A stretch of DNA of 34,558 bases from an uncultured Flavobacteriaceae bacterium (GCA_963539275.1 CAUTLL010000001.1:1-34558); one strand, 5' to 3'. Positions 26,735-34,553 are shown, counted from the first letter of the stretch. Translations and numbers: made by a program. Notes: generated by a model not told the origin, from the letters alone.

Positions 26735-27131
26735 ATAAATAAGGGATTAAATTTTTATAATACTTTTTTTGTTCTTTTTCAATATCAAGGGAGGGGATTC
26801 TCCAAATCTCAATGCAGATTTTTTCCTGTGAGTAGAGAATCATTCGGCGGGGGCGGTGTTCTATCATTTCGACATTTTTCATTTGAGTTAAATATCTTTC
26901 TAAATGAGAAAAAGCCCCACGAACGACTGCAAAATCTATATCTTTCGGCTGATAATCTTCCGAAAATTCTCCAGCGAAGATTTTTGCCACAGAACCGATA
27001 ATCATCAGCTCACAGCCTGTTTCTTCCTTGACCCACTGCGAGAGTTCATCACAAGTTTTGTTAATATTTTCATTTTCAAAAATTTTCAATCTTTGAAAAT
27101 AATTGATTTTTATATTTTTATTTTCTTGCAT
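26718..27131 (-). CDS. 137-aa protein with a minimal nucleotidyltransferase (pol-beta fold)-like motif
   Basis: The stretch LMIIGSVAKIFAGEFSEDYQPKDIDFAVV fits the hG[GS]...D-x-D NTase pattern. The ORF overlaps the tape measure stop by 14 nt and the next ATG by 17 nt. Confidence 0.5.
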   Translation of the reverse strand: MQENKNIKINYFQRLKIFENENINKTCDELSQWVKEETGCELMIIGSVAKIFAGEFSEDYQPKDIDFAVVRGAFSHLERYLTQMKNVEMIEHRPRRMILYSQEKICIEIWRIPSLDIEKEQKKYYKNLIPYLYGSKI

Positions 27132-30100
27132 TTTTCTGTTTTATTTTTTCATAAAGAGAAATCATCTCTTGCATTTTTTTGCCATTTTCGGCATTTTCTA
27201 CGATGAAAGCCTGTAGCCCCTTGTCTTGTAATTCATTGAGTGTTTCATTTAATTGATAAAGCGTGTGATTCAGCTCTGAAAGATTTTCATTTTGAGAAGA
27301 CAGAGGGATTTGTTTCTCTATTGGAGCAGTGTTTTTTGCTTCTGTAAAACCACCTTCGGCATAGGCTTGGGGTAGGGCAGTACGCCCCGTTCTGATGCTC
27401 TCCATCCAATCTACCACATCAGCGACCACGGGGTTTTCCAGCATCCATTTTGGGGTTACATATTCCTGCTCATGGACGATTCCAGCAGGTTTGAAGCCTG
27501 TCCTATCTGCTTTCCCAGAACCAATACCTGTAAAACCACCTTCTGCAAACTCTGGGATAGGAGTAGCGGCAATGGTGGCTATTTGTACCGCTCCCAATGC
27601 TCCGACAATTCCTGCAAGGGCAAAGTTAGCAGGTGGTGGAGCTGATTTTAAAGCATTAACCACTGCCGATGCTGTCCCAGCGATGGCACTCATGAGGTTG
27701 GCAGCCTTTTCAGCTTTTGCGGCTCTTTCTTGGAGTTTTCTTTTCTTCTCGGCGGTTTCTTCTTCTACATTTTGAATGTCTTTTTGGTATTGCTCTTGGG
27801 TGATAAGCCCTTGGTTGAGCTGTTTCAAAAGGGCTTGTTTTTTCTTATCTTGATTTTGGGTAAAACGGCGGAGTTCTCTCTCATTGAGGGCTTGTTGGAG
27901 TTTAGAAAACTGTCTAAACGCATTAGAGAGGGCTTGGGTAGCCATGATAATCCCTTGGATTTTCCCTTCTGTGGTTTTGAGATTATTAAACATCTCTTCC
28001 CACTGACTGGCAGAAAACCCTAAAATATCCACCGCATCTTTGCTCTTTTTTTCTTCATTGTATTGAGCGGCTTTATCGCTTTCTTCTTTCCCTTGAATCA
28101 CGGCTTTGATGCCTTGGAGTTGCTTTTTAAATTCCTCTAAATCCTTTCGGAGTTTTTCTCGTGCTTCTTCGGAGAATGATGGATCATTGATGAGCTTGTT
28201 AAGCTCTTTCATTTGTGCAGTAATTGCCTCTTTTTGTTCCTTCAAAATAGCTCTTTGGGCTTTTTCCCTTAGGGCTTTTTTAGCATCTTCCAGAGTGCGA
28301 ATGTTTTTCAATTCAGTTTCCGTAAGTTTAAGATGTTTTCTATTGGCAAGAACTTCTTTTGCCTCCTCCAAAGTGGTGATGGCTTGGATTTCTTCTTCTT
28401 TTTCGTGGATTTTATCTTCTATCTCTTTTTGTTTGGCTTTGATTTTTTCATCTTGCCTTTTCAGGAGGTATTTTTCTTCTATTTTGTAAATTTCTTTTTG
28501 GTGAGTTTCTTCTGTTTGAGAGATGATTTCATTATTTTTCTTGATAAGTTCAAGTTTTTGGGCATTGCTTTTTTCTATTTCAGCGATAGCATTTTGATAG
28601 GTGGCTTTGGCTTCTGGGGACTGGGTTTCTTTGGCATCTCTTTGGAGTTTCTCTATTTCGGTTTTATTTTTTTGTATTTCTAAAAGGATTTGCTGATTTT
28701 TGTGCTGAATATCTTCCACTTCTCGGTTGTGGCGAATGTTTTGCAATGCTTTTTCTTTCTCCTCAGATTCTTGAATGATTTTGTATTTTTCATCTTCCAG
28801 TTCTCTTTGGAGTTCTACCATTTTTCGCCCTGCTTCATGTTGAGCGGAGAGGGCTTTATCGTAGGTGCTTTTTGCTTTCTCTACATCATTTGCATTTTTT
28901 CTGTCTTGTTCTGCTTTTTTGTCTTTGGCAGGTCGGTTTTTACCCTCGCTGGGAGCGATGGTGTTGGTAGGAACGGGAGTTGCTGTTCCTCCTTGTTTTT
29001 GGAGAGCTTCTATTTCTCCTGCGATTTCGTTTTCTTGCTCGGTGAGAATGTCAATATTTTTTTGTTTGGCATTATATATGTGCTGGTATTCTTCCATTTT
29101 TTTATCGGCAGCAGATTTTCCTAAATTCTTTTTCCAAATCTCATATTGTTTATTTTTATCTTGATTAAGTTTAATCACATCTTTTCCTCCGAAAAACTTG
29201 GAATAAGCGTTAATACCTTTATCTACCCAGCCTAAATTATCATTCACATTGGCTTTTTCAGCATCTATTTTTTGTTCAGAAATCTTATCTAATTTTGCAG
29301 TAAGGGCTTTGATTTTAGATAGTCTTAATAGCTCTTTTCCATAGGCAGAAACTGCATCGGTTACTTTTTGAGTATTGATATTTTCTTGATTGATAAAACC
29401 TAGGTATTCAGGCGAGATTTCATTGAGTTTTTTTATCGCGGCTAATCTTTGTTCTTTAGATAAATTCTCATCACGAGCTGTTTTTAATAATCGTTCTAAT
29501 TCATTTTTTTGAGAAACAATACTTTTTTCAGCTTCGGTGTAGGCATCATTGATGTTTTTTTGTTTTTCTATGCTTTGTTCAGTTTCTTTATTAAAGGTTT
29601 TTAAGGCGACAACAGTAGCAATAATGGCACTTGCTAAAAGTGCAAAAGGATGAGCTTTTGTAACTAGATTAAATAAAGCCTGAGCATCTTTAGCAGAGCG
29701 AATGGAGACTGCTAACTGAAAGAATAATTTGATTTGATTAGCAATATTTTGTGCTTTCTGAACGGCAGTATAGAGTATGGTTTGCTTCATGGCTTCTTTG
29801 GTTACCGCTACGGTGAGCCACATTGCGGCACGGTAGGAGACAAGAGCTGTAGTTACCACCAAGATTACTTTTCCTATGTTGGTGAGAGTTTCTCCGTATT
29901 CTTTTATTTTATCTTTTACTACTACGATTATTTTTGCTAAATATCCTAATAGTAAAATAGCTCCCTCAAACCAGTTGATAAAGGTATTTTCGGTAAAGAT
30001 GTCTGAAATGGTATTTTTCAGTTTTTGCCAAATGGCAGCTGCATTTTCATTTTTGGTATTAAATTCGTTGGTAATAGAAGTCCCTTTTTTCATTTCTACT

Positions 30101-31218
30101 TCCGCTCTTATCATTGCTTCGGTAAAAACATCGGTATTGTTCGCAGCAGCTCCTATAGCTTTTTGCACTTCCAGGGATTTAAGGCTTAGGCTATCAAAAA
30201 TCTTGGCGGTTTCATCAGCGGGGATATTTTTCATTCCTTGGGCAAAACGCAAGAAAAATTCTTCAGGTTTAGAGTTAAAAAGTTCTTTTGCTTCCTCTAA
30301 ACTCATGTTCATAGAATAGGCGAACTTGTCCAAATTCTCCCCAGCTACTTTCATGAAATTAGAATATCCCGAAGCAGCAATTTGAGAATCTACACCACTC
30401 TCCTCAAAGGCAGCACCAAGCCCCATAACCTTATCAATACTCGGTTTTAGAGCATCAGGTAAAGCCCCTATTCTCAATGTAAAATCAGCAATATTGCTTT
30501 CACTGGCAGTTCCATTGGCAGCAAGTTCATTAAGAGCAGAACCTATACCGTTAATGGCGACTGCATAGTCTTGCTCTACGGTTTCTTTGAAAAGACCTTT
30601 CATCTTTCCGACACTGCTCACCACAGCCTCTAAACCACCCTGAAAAGAATCTCCAAGGGCTACATATACTTTGTCAATTTCTTTGGTAAACTCAGCAATT
30701 TGCTCTTTTGGAATTCCTAAACGCCCTGCTGTTTCAGAGATTTTTAACCTATCCAGTTTAGAAGTTCTGGTGTCCATTTCATCAAACTCATCCCAGAGTT
30801 TTTTGACTTCTTGAATGGTCATTCCAGTAGTCTTTTGGACATCAGCCATTGCATCAGAAATTTTCAAAAGTTCATCGGAAACAGAGACTACTTTCCCTGT
30901 AATAGAATTTACGAAATTAATCGCATTGAAGCTCTTGAATATTTCTCCGAAATTAAAAAATTTACTTGAAACTTTTTGGATAATTCCTTCCGATTGGTTT
31001 AAGGTTTCATTAACGGTGTTTATTTCATTTTTTATATGATTAAAGTGCTCTCGGGCTTCTCGGAGTTCGGTAGCTTTTTTCTTAAATTCTTCTGTGCCAG
31101 GAGAGAGTTTTTTGAGTTCTTTTTCCAGATCTCTGACTACTTTTCCCAGTCCGCTGAATGTATTTTCTACTTCTTTGCCACTGACTTTTAAGACGATGGT
31201 TTTGGTGATTTTTGACAT
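27118..31218 (-). CDS. phage tail tape measure protein
   Basis: 1366 aa. The N-terminal region is a TP901-type TMP core (..TRTSKLDRLKISETAGRLGI.. GIGSALNELAANG..). Central TM-like helices are followed by a very long K/E/Q-rich coiled coil. The C-terminal part reads ..PEFAEGGFTG..GIVHEQEYV... Confidence 0.9.
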   Translation of the reverse strand: MSKITKTIVLKVSGKEVENTFSGLGKVVRDLEKELKKLSPGTEEFKKKATELREAREHFNHIKNEINTVNETLNQSEGIIQKVSSKFFNFGEIFKSFNAINFVNSITGKVVSVSDELLKISDAMADVQKTTGMTIQEVKKLWDEFDEMDTRTSKLDRLKISETAGRLGIPKEQIAEFTKEIDKVYVALGDSFQGGLEAVVSSVGKMKGLFKETVEQDYAVAINGIGSALNELAANGTASESNIADFTLRIGALPDALKPSIDKVMGLGAAFEESGVDSQIAASGYSNFMKVAGENLDKFAYSMNMSLEEAKELFNSKPEEFFLRFAQGMKNIPADETAKIFDSLSLKSLEVQKAIGAAANNTDVFTEAMIRAEVEMKKGTSITNEFNTKNENAAAIWQKLKNTISDIFTENTFINWFEGAILLLGYLAKIIVVVKDKIKEYGETLTNIGKVILVVTTALVSYRAAMWLTVAVTKEAMKQTILYTAVQKAQNIANQIKLFFQLAVSIRSAKDAQALFNLVTKAHPFALLASAIIATVVALKTFNKETEQSIEKQKNINDAYTEAEKSIVSQKNELERLLKTARDENLSKEQRLAAIKKLNEISPEYLGFINQENINTQKVTDAVSAYGKELLRLSKIKALTAKLDKISEQKIDAEKANVNDNLGWVDKGINAYSKFFGGKDVIKLNQDKNKQYEIWKKNLGKSAADKKMEEYQHIYNAKQKNIDILTEQENEIAGEIEALQKQGGTATPVPTNTIAPSEGKNRPAKDKKAEQDRKNANDVEKAKSTYDKALSAQHEAGRKMVELQRELEDEKYKIIQESEEKEKALQNIRHNREVEDIQHKNQQILLEIQKNKTEIEKLQRDAKETQSPEAKATYQNAIAEIEKSNAQKLELIKKNNEIISQTEETHQKEIYKIEEKYLLKRQDEKIKAKQKEIEDKIHEKEEEIQAITTLEEAKEVLANRKHLKLTETELKNIRTLEDAKKALREKAQRAILKEQKEAITAQMKELNKLINDPSFSEEAREKLRKDLEEFKKQLQGIKAVIQGKEESDKAAQYNEEKKSKDAVDILGFSASQWEEMFNNLKTTEGKIQGIIMATQALSNAFRQFSKLQQALNERELRRFTQNQDKKKQALLKQLNQGLITQEQYQKDIQNVEEETAEKKRKLQERAAKAEKAANLMSAIAGTASAVVNALKSAPPPANFALAGIVGALGAVQIATIAATPIPEFAEGGFTGIGSGKADRTGFKPAGIVHEQEYVTPKWMLENPVVADVVDWMESIRTGRTALPQAYAEGGFTEAKNTAPIEKQIPLSSQNENLSELNHTLYQLNETLNELQDKGLQAFIVENAENGKKMQEMISLYEKIKQKNARK

Positions 31219-31267
31219 CTTTTTAATTTTATGCCAAAATCCAAAAAAAGGAATGAATAAAAAAGGA

Positions 31268-31299
31268 CAAAAAAAACAGACTGAAATTCATCAGCCTGT
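31268..31299 (-). terminator. intrinsic terminator immediately upstream of the tape measure gene
   Basis: The minus strand reads ACAGGCTG-ATGAATTT-CAGTCTGT (one G.U pair) followed by T7-8, directly after the stop of the 127-aa ORF. Confidence 0.7.
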
Positions 31300-31682
31300 T
31301 ATTTCTTTTTTAATAGAAGATAAATGAGCAATAAACCAAGAGCCATGCTCCAATACCCTAAAGAATCTCTGAATAATAAAACAAGAATAACGAAAAGTAG
31401 AATAATAAACGCTATGATAAAAGTGGTGATAATATTCTTCTTATCCTGAGCAATATCTTCTGTTTTCTCAGATTTCTTTTTTTCTAAATATTCTAAAATT
31501 GAGATATATCCTTTATAAATAAAATACACAAAATATAATGCTCCAATAATGCAGAATGCATCCCATAATGAATCCAATGCTAAAGGTAATAATGAAACTA
31601 CTATTTTTAATAGCTCAAGTGCAATGGGCAAAAGAATAATGAATAGGACAGCAATGACCAAAAATTTTAATAGATTCATCAT
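31299..31682 (-). CDS. 127-aa polytopic membrane protein
   Basis: Four hydrophobic helices are separated by a charged loop (EKKKSEKTEDIAQDKK). The start overlaps the upstream stop (ATGATGA). Confidence 0.7.
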   Translation of the reverse strand: MMNLLKFLVIAVLFIILLPIALELLKIVVSLLPLALDSLWDAFCIIGALYFVYFIYKGYISILEYLEKKKSEKTEDIAQDKKNIITTFIIAFIILLFVILVLLFRDSLGYWSMALGLLLIYLLLKKK

Positions 31683-32158
31683 TTTGTAAAATATGAAAGA
31701 TTAAAAAATAATTCTTCACCAAATCGCTCGGCTCTGACTTTCCCGATGTTCTCCGCCACAAACTCCACTACACCGCTGTCTTTTATGGCTTGGGATATGA
31801 AGGGTGTGGCTTTCATTTTGAAATAATGTCCTCCATAGTGATAGGTAATGCTTCTCGGTGAGTTTCTTGTCCTATCGCCACCTTTTCTGATGGTATCTAC
31901 ACCATAATGCTGTACGAAGCCATGCCTTGGCATTCTGATGGCTAAACTCCGCATGAAAACATGTTGGTTGCCTTCCTTTTTCTTGCCGTATTCTTTGAAA
32001 CTTGCCTTTGCTTCTGCTTCTTTCAGAGATTTGTCATTATCTTTTTTGTGATAATGCTCTTGAAAACTTTGGGTTCTGTTTCTCAGGGCAGAAGTGAGCA
32101 TCTGCTCGGCTTTCTTGGCGATGGATAGTTCTTCTCTATATTCCATTGTTTTTCTCAT
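31679..32158 (-). CDS. 159-aa phage protein, possibly a virion morphogenesis or head-tail joining component (weak HK97 gp10-like C-terminal pattern)
   Basis: The region HGFVQHYGV...MKATPFISQAI resembles the ..FVEFGT...A.PFLRPA.. pattern of gp10-type proteins. This is a low-confidence family guess. Confidence 0.6.
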   Translation of the reverse strand: MRKTMEYREELSIAKKAEQMLTSALRNRTQSFQEHYHKKDNDKSLKEAEAKASFKEYGKKKEGNQHVFMRSLAIRMPRHGFVQHYGVDTIRKGGDRTRNSPRSITYHYGGHYFKMKATPFISQAIKDSGVVEFVAENIGKVRAERFGEELFFNLSYFTK

Positions 32159-32456
32159 AGACCACCCACTTGAATACTCTACCTGTCTCTATTTTTTCGT
32201 ATTCAGGAGGGAGATTCTTTTCTTTATCTCCCTCAAAAATACAAATTTTATCGTAAAGTATTTCTAATTCTTGCCGAAAATTAAGCTCCTTCATCACTTC
32301 ATAAATATCATGCTCACCGATGGGCTCATTGGGGATAATCCCTTGCATCATCGTTAAGATAGACTGCGTGGTGAGTAGCCTTTTTTCTTCTTTGGAGCCT
32401 ACCTGGTTATAATACCTCAGGAATAGCTCCTTGATGATTTCCTTGTAATCTTCCAT
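32136..32456 (-). CDS. 106-aa hypothetical phage protein
   Basis: An ATG ORF in the operon, overlapping the downstream ORF by 23 nt. Confidence 0.65.
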   Translation of the reverse strand: MEDYKEIIKELFLRYYNQVGSKEEKRLLTTQSILTMMQGIIPNEPIGEHDIYEVMKELNFRQELEILYDKICIFEGDKEKNLPPEYEKIETGRVFKWVVYEKNNGI

Positions 32457-32700
32457 AGTATGAGGATATATTATTGATGAGTAGCCCAGCTTCTTCGGGG
32501 TAATATTTTAGGATAAATGAGAGCCTTAAAGAGAGCGAAACCACTTCTTTTAGGATAGTTTTTTCTCTTTCTGTGATATTCCCAAAGTTAGGCAAATGCT
32601 CTGTTTCTATTTCATAGAGAGTTTTTTGGACATCATTGTCTTTGAATAGCTCCATTTGGCAACTGAACCACCAGCTGAAATCGTCATTGAATTTTTCCAT
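32407..32700 (-). CDS. acidic 97-aa phage protein, distal copy of the duplicated gene with an 18-aa C-terminal extension
   Basis: Same as 20910..21149, except that the stop TAA is replaced by TCA. The frame therefore runs 50 nt into the next gene. Confidence 0.65.
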   Translation of the reverse strand: MEKFNDDFSWWFSCQMELFKDNDVQKTLYEIETEHLPNFGNITEREKTILKEVVSLSLRLSFILKYYPEEAGLLINNISSYYGRLQGNHQGAIPEVL

Positions 32701-32970
32701 TACGCATCATATTTTTGGTGAAACAATCTGAGCATATTCTTGTAAGCCTGAGGGAAAGAACTGCCCCATGCATGGGCTCTTTGTGTAGGAGAGATGAAAG
32801 CCACCTTGTAGATTCCTTTATCACAGCTCATCTGGAGATGCCCACCATACAGCCTTGCAAATGCCAGTGGCTCTATGAGTTTTTCTTCTCTTTTGAATAA
32901 ACTTCTTAAACTCTCTAAAAGTGTAACTTTTCTGCTTTGCACCGCATTACTATTCTTCGTGCGTGGTGCT
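32463..32970. repeat. long direct repeat, copy 2 (partner at 20912..21419)
   Basis: See copy 1. Confidence 0.9.
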
Positions 32971-32990
32971 GGTTTGATGATGTTTAGCAT
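32700..32990 (-). CDS. basic 96-aa phage protein, distal copy of the duplicated gene
   Basis: The ORF starts MLNIIKPAPRTKNSNAVQSRKV... It is coupled to the next gene by a TAATG overlap. Confidence 0.7.
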   Translation of the reverse strand: MLNIIKPAPRTKNSNAVQSRKVTLLESLRSLFKREEKLIEPLAFARLYGGHLQMSCDKGIYKVAFISPTQRAHAWGSSFPQAYKNMLRLFHQKYDA

Positions 32991-33137
32991 TTTATATTAA
33001 TTAAAAATAAAAAATCCCCGATAATGTGGATTGTCGCTAAACATCATCAATCAGAAAAAGATTAATAACCACACTTCACGGGGAAGACTTTTATTTCGTT
33101 AAAATTATATCAGATTATTTCTGATGATGATATTTAG
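32991..33137 (-). promoter_or_regulatory. structured 5' leader or cis-antisense RNA with a terminator-like end, distal version
   Basis: Three segments on the minus strand define it: A at 33140..33121, anti-segment B at 33054..33035, and start region C at 32990..32969. The long-range helix CCCCG-UGAAG-UGUGG / CCACA-UUAU-CGGGG (33084..33069 / 33029..33016) is followed by AUUUUUUAUUUUU. The architecture matches 21440..21607 but the sequence differs. Confidence 0.55.
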
Positions 33138-33142
33138 CACTG

Positions 33143-33150
33143 CAAATATA
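33143..33150 (-). promoter_or_regulatory. -7 promoter box (TATATTTG) driving the distal leader and tail-side operon
   Basis: Exact TAnnTTTG match directly after a strong terminator. Confidence 0.55.
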
Positions 33151-33154
33151 GGAA

Positions 33155-33190
33155 TAAAAAAATAACCACCAAATAAAAAGGTGGTTATTT
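33155..33190 (-). terminator. intrinsic terminator after the 75-aa membrane-protein gene
   Basis: Perfect 10-bp stem AATAACCACC/GGTGGTTATT with a 9-nt loop, followed by a T-run on the minus strand. It begins right after the stop codon. Confidence 0.85.
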
Positions 33191-33418
33191 TTAATATGGT
33201 CTATAAAAATCAAAATTACTCAATAATATGATGACAGCTATAGTTAGAAAGATAAAGTCTTTTATCTGTAATCCATACCATTCTCTATCGGTATGGAAAA
33301 ATTTTATTTTTCCTATCGTAGCATCCATGAGCATATATAAAATACCTACTCCGAAAATAAATGCACTAATGACTGATATGAGATTTAATAAAAACATTTT
33401 TTCATTTCTATAGTGCAA
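33191..33418 (-). CDS. 75-aa two-TM membrane protein
   Basis: Two hydrophobic helices are present (LLNLISVISAFIFGVGILYML and IFLTIAVIILLSNF). The ORF starts 10 nt after the 352-aa ORF. Confidence 0.65.
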   Translation of the reverse strand: MHYRNEKMFLLNLISVISAFIFGVGILYMLMDATIGKIKFFHTDREWYGLQIKDFIFLTIAVIILLSNFDFYRPY

Positions 33419-33427
33419 ATTTATAAA

Positions 33428-34486
33428 TTATTTTGGTATATCTTTATTTGTGTCGAATTGTTTCAGGATTTTTATCATATCATCAGGATTTTTGATATTC
33501 AAACTATCTTTAGAATGATTAAAAATTTCTCTTTTCATACTTCTATTTTCTTGTTTATCAAGAAAATCAGATATAGCCTCTATTAAAGGTTTTACTCCCT
33601 CTGTTTTTATAGAACTTCCATCGTGAGATGTATATCCTCCCCCAACAATAGTTAAGACTATTCCTGCGAATAAAGTAGTCTTTTTAATGGAAGATTTAAG
33701 ATCTATTTTACCAGGGCTATTAAGATTTATTTTTATTTCAAAATCATCAGAAGAAATTCCATTCAAATTTAAATGCCCTGCAATTTCATCTATTAGTTCT
33801 AAAAGATTATATCCTAGACTAAATAAATCTTTTGCTTTTATATCATGTCTTGATTGGACATTAATAATGAAATGAGCCTCCTCTCCTAAAATGAAGAAAT
33901 CTTGTAAACTTCTTTCTATGACATCTGCATATTTGCTGACATTAGTAATCGCTTGATGAGAAGTAAACATCTTAAATAAATTAGGATCTAATGATTTTTT
34001 AGGAAAATCTTGTATCCATTCTACTCGTTTATTTAAAAATTGGTTTTCATATTCAAAATTTCTTCTTTCTTCATCGGAAAACTCTGCAACAGAAGATTCT
34101 TGAACTATTCCAAAAGAAACAAATTCTGAATTAGAAGATGGTATAATTACAATATCTCCCTTTTTAACTTCTTCATAAAAACTTGAAATTTGTCCTGCAA
34201 TTAATCCTATTTGTTGTTTAGTTCTAGTACACTCTCCGTTTTCAGTATAAAATTCTGTTACTAAATCTTTTATATTAGACAATCTTCTATTAGTCTCTGT
34301 GAAGGTGTTTTTTATAGAAGCTAAATTCCTTAAAGAAACCTCTGTATGTCCGAGTCCTACAAAATTATTTTCTACAAAGACTTCATATAAAGTTCCTGAT
34401 TGAGTTCTTATCAGCCAATATTTCTTATCACTAGGAATTTTATCTATACTATTTACTAAATTATCTAAAATTTCATTATAATCCAT
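33428..34486 (-). CDS. 352-aa hypothetical protein; the N-terminal about 140 aa show a PUA/EVE-like sequence pattern (weak) and there is one hydrophobic segment near residue 275
   Basis: A long, clean ATG ORF in a visibly more AT-rich stretch. The N-terminal pattern is KKYWLIRTQSG..FVGLGH...VKKGDIVIIPS...FVSFGIVQE. It has its own promoter box and shares a terminator with the 75-aa ORF. Confidence 0.75.
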   Translation of the reverse strand: MDYNEILDNLVNSIDKIPSDKKYWLIRTQSGTLYEVFVENNFVGLGHTEVSLRNLASIKNTFTETNRRLSNIKDLVTEFYTENGECTRTKQQIGLIAGQISSFYEEVKKGDIVIIPSSNSEFVSFGIVQESSVAEFSDEERRNFEYENQFLNKRVEWIQDFPKKSLDPNLFKMFTSHQAITNVSKYADVIERSLQDFFILGEEAHFIINVQSRHDIKAKDLFSLGYNLLELIDEIAGHLNLNGISSDDFEIKINLNSPGKIDLKSSIKKTTLFAGIVLTIVGGGYTSHDGSSIKTEGVKPLIEAISDFLDKQENRSMKREIFNHSKDSLNIKNPDDMIKILKQFDTNKDIPK

Positions 34487-34513
34487 AGAGTATATAAAAG
34501 TTTAATTGGTGTA

Positions 34514-34521
34514 CAAATATA
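34514..34521 (-). promoter_or_regulatory. -7 promoter box (TATATTTG) for the 352-aa/75-aa cassette
   Basis: Exact TAnnTTTG match 28 nt upstream of ATG 34486, directly after a terminator. Confidence 0.55.
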
Positions 34522-34523
34522 TA

Positions 34524-34553
34524 AAAAAATTCCCTGCAAGTTTTTGCAGGGGG
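34524..34553 (-). terminator. intrinsic terminator of the unseen gene to the right of the window
   Basis: The minus strand reads CCCCTGCAA-AAAC-TTGCAGGG followed by AATTTTTTT. It repeats the 21624..21654 element. Confidence 0.75.

Noticed and set aside
27395-30319. Numerous plus-strand ORFs (126, 97, 127, 116, 144, 99, 68 and 147 aa) lying inside the tape measure gene
   Set aside because: They are F/L/S-rich, low-complexity mirror translations of the K/E-rich coiled-coil coding strand. They have no independent start context and overlap one another. They are shadow ORFs.
32136-32158. The 23-nt overlap of the 106-aa and 159-aa ORFs containing GAGAAAAAC, considered as a G/GT-type programmed frameshift of tail chaperones
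   Set aside because: The downstream frame is +1 (or -2) relative to the upstream frame, not -1. No canonical X-XXY-YYZ heptamer is present. The downstream ORF has its own ATG, and the pair is not directly adjacent to the tape measure gene.
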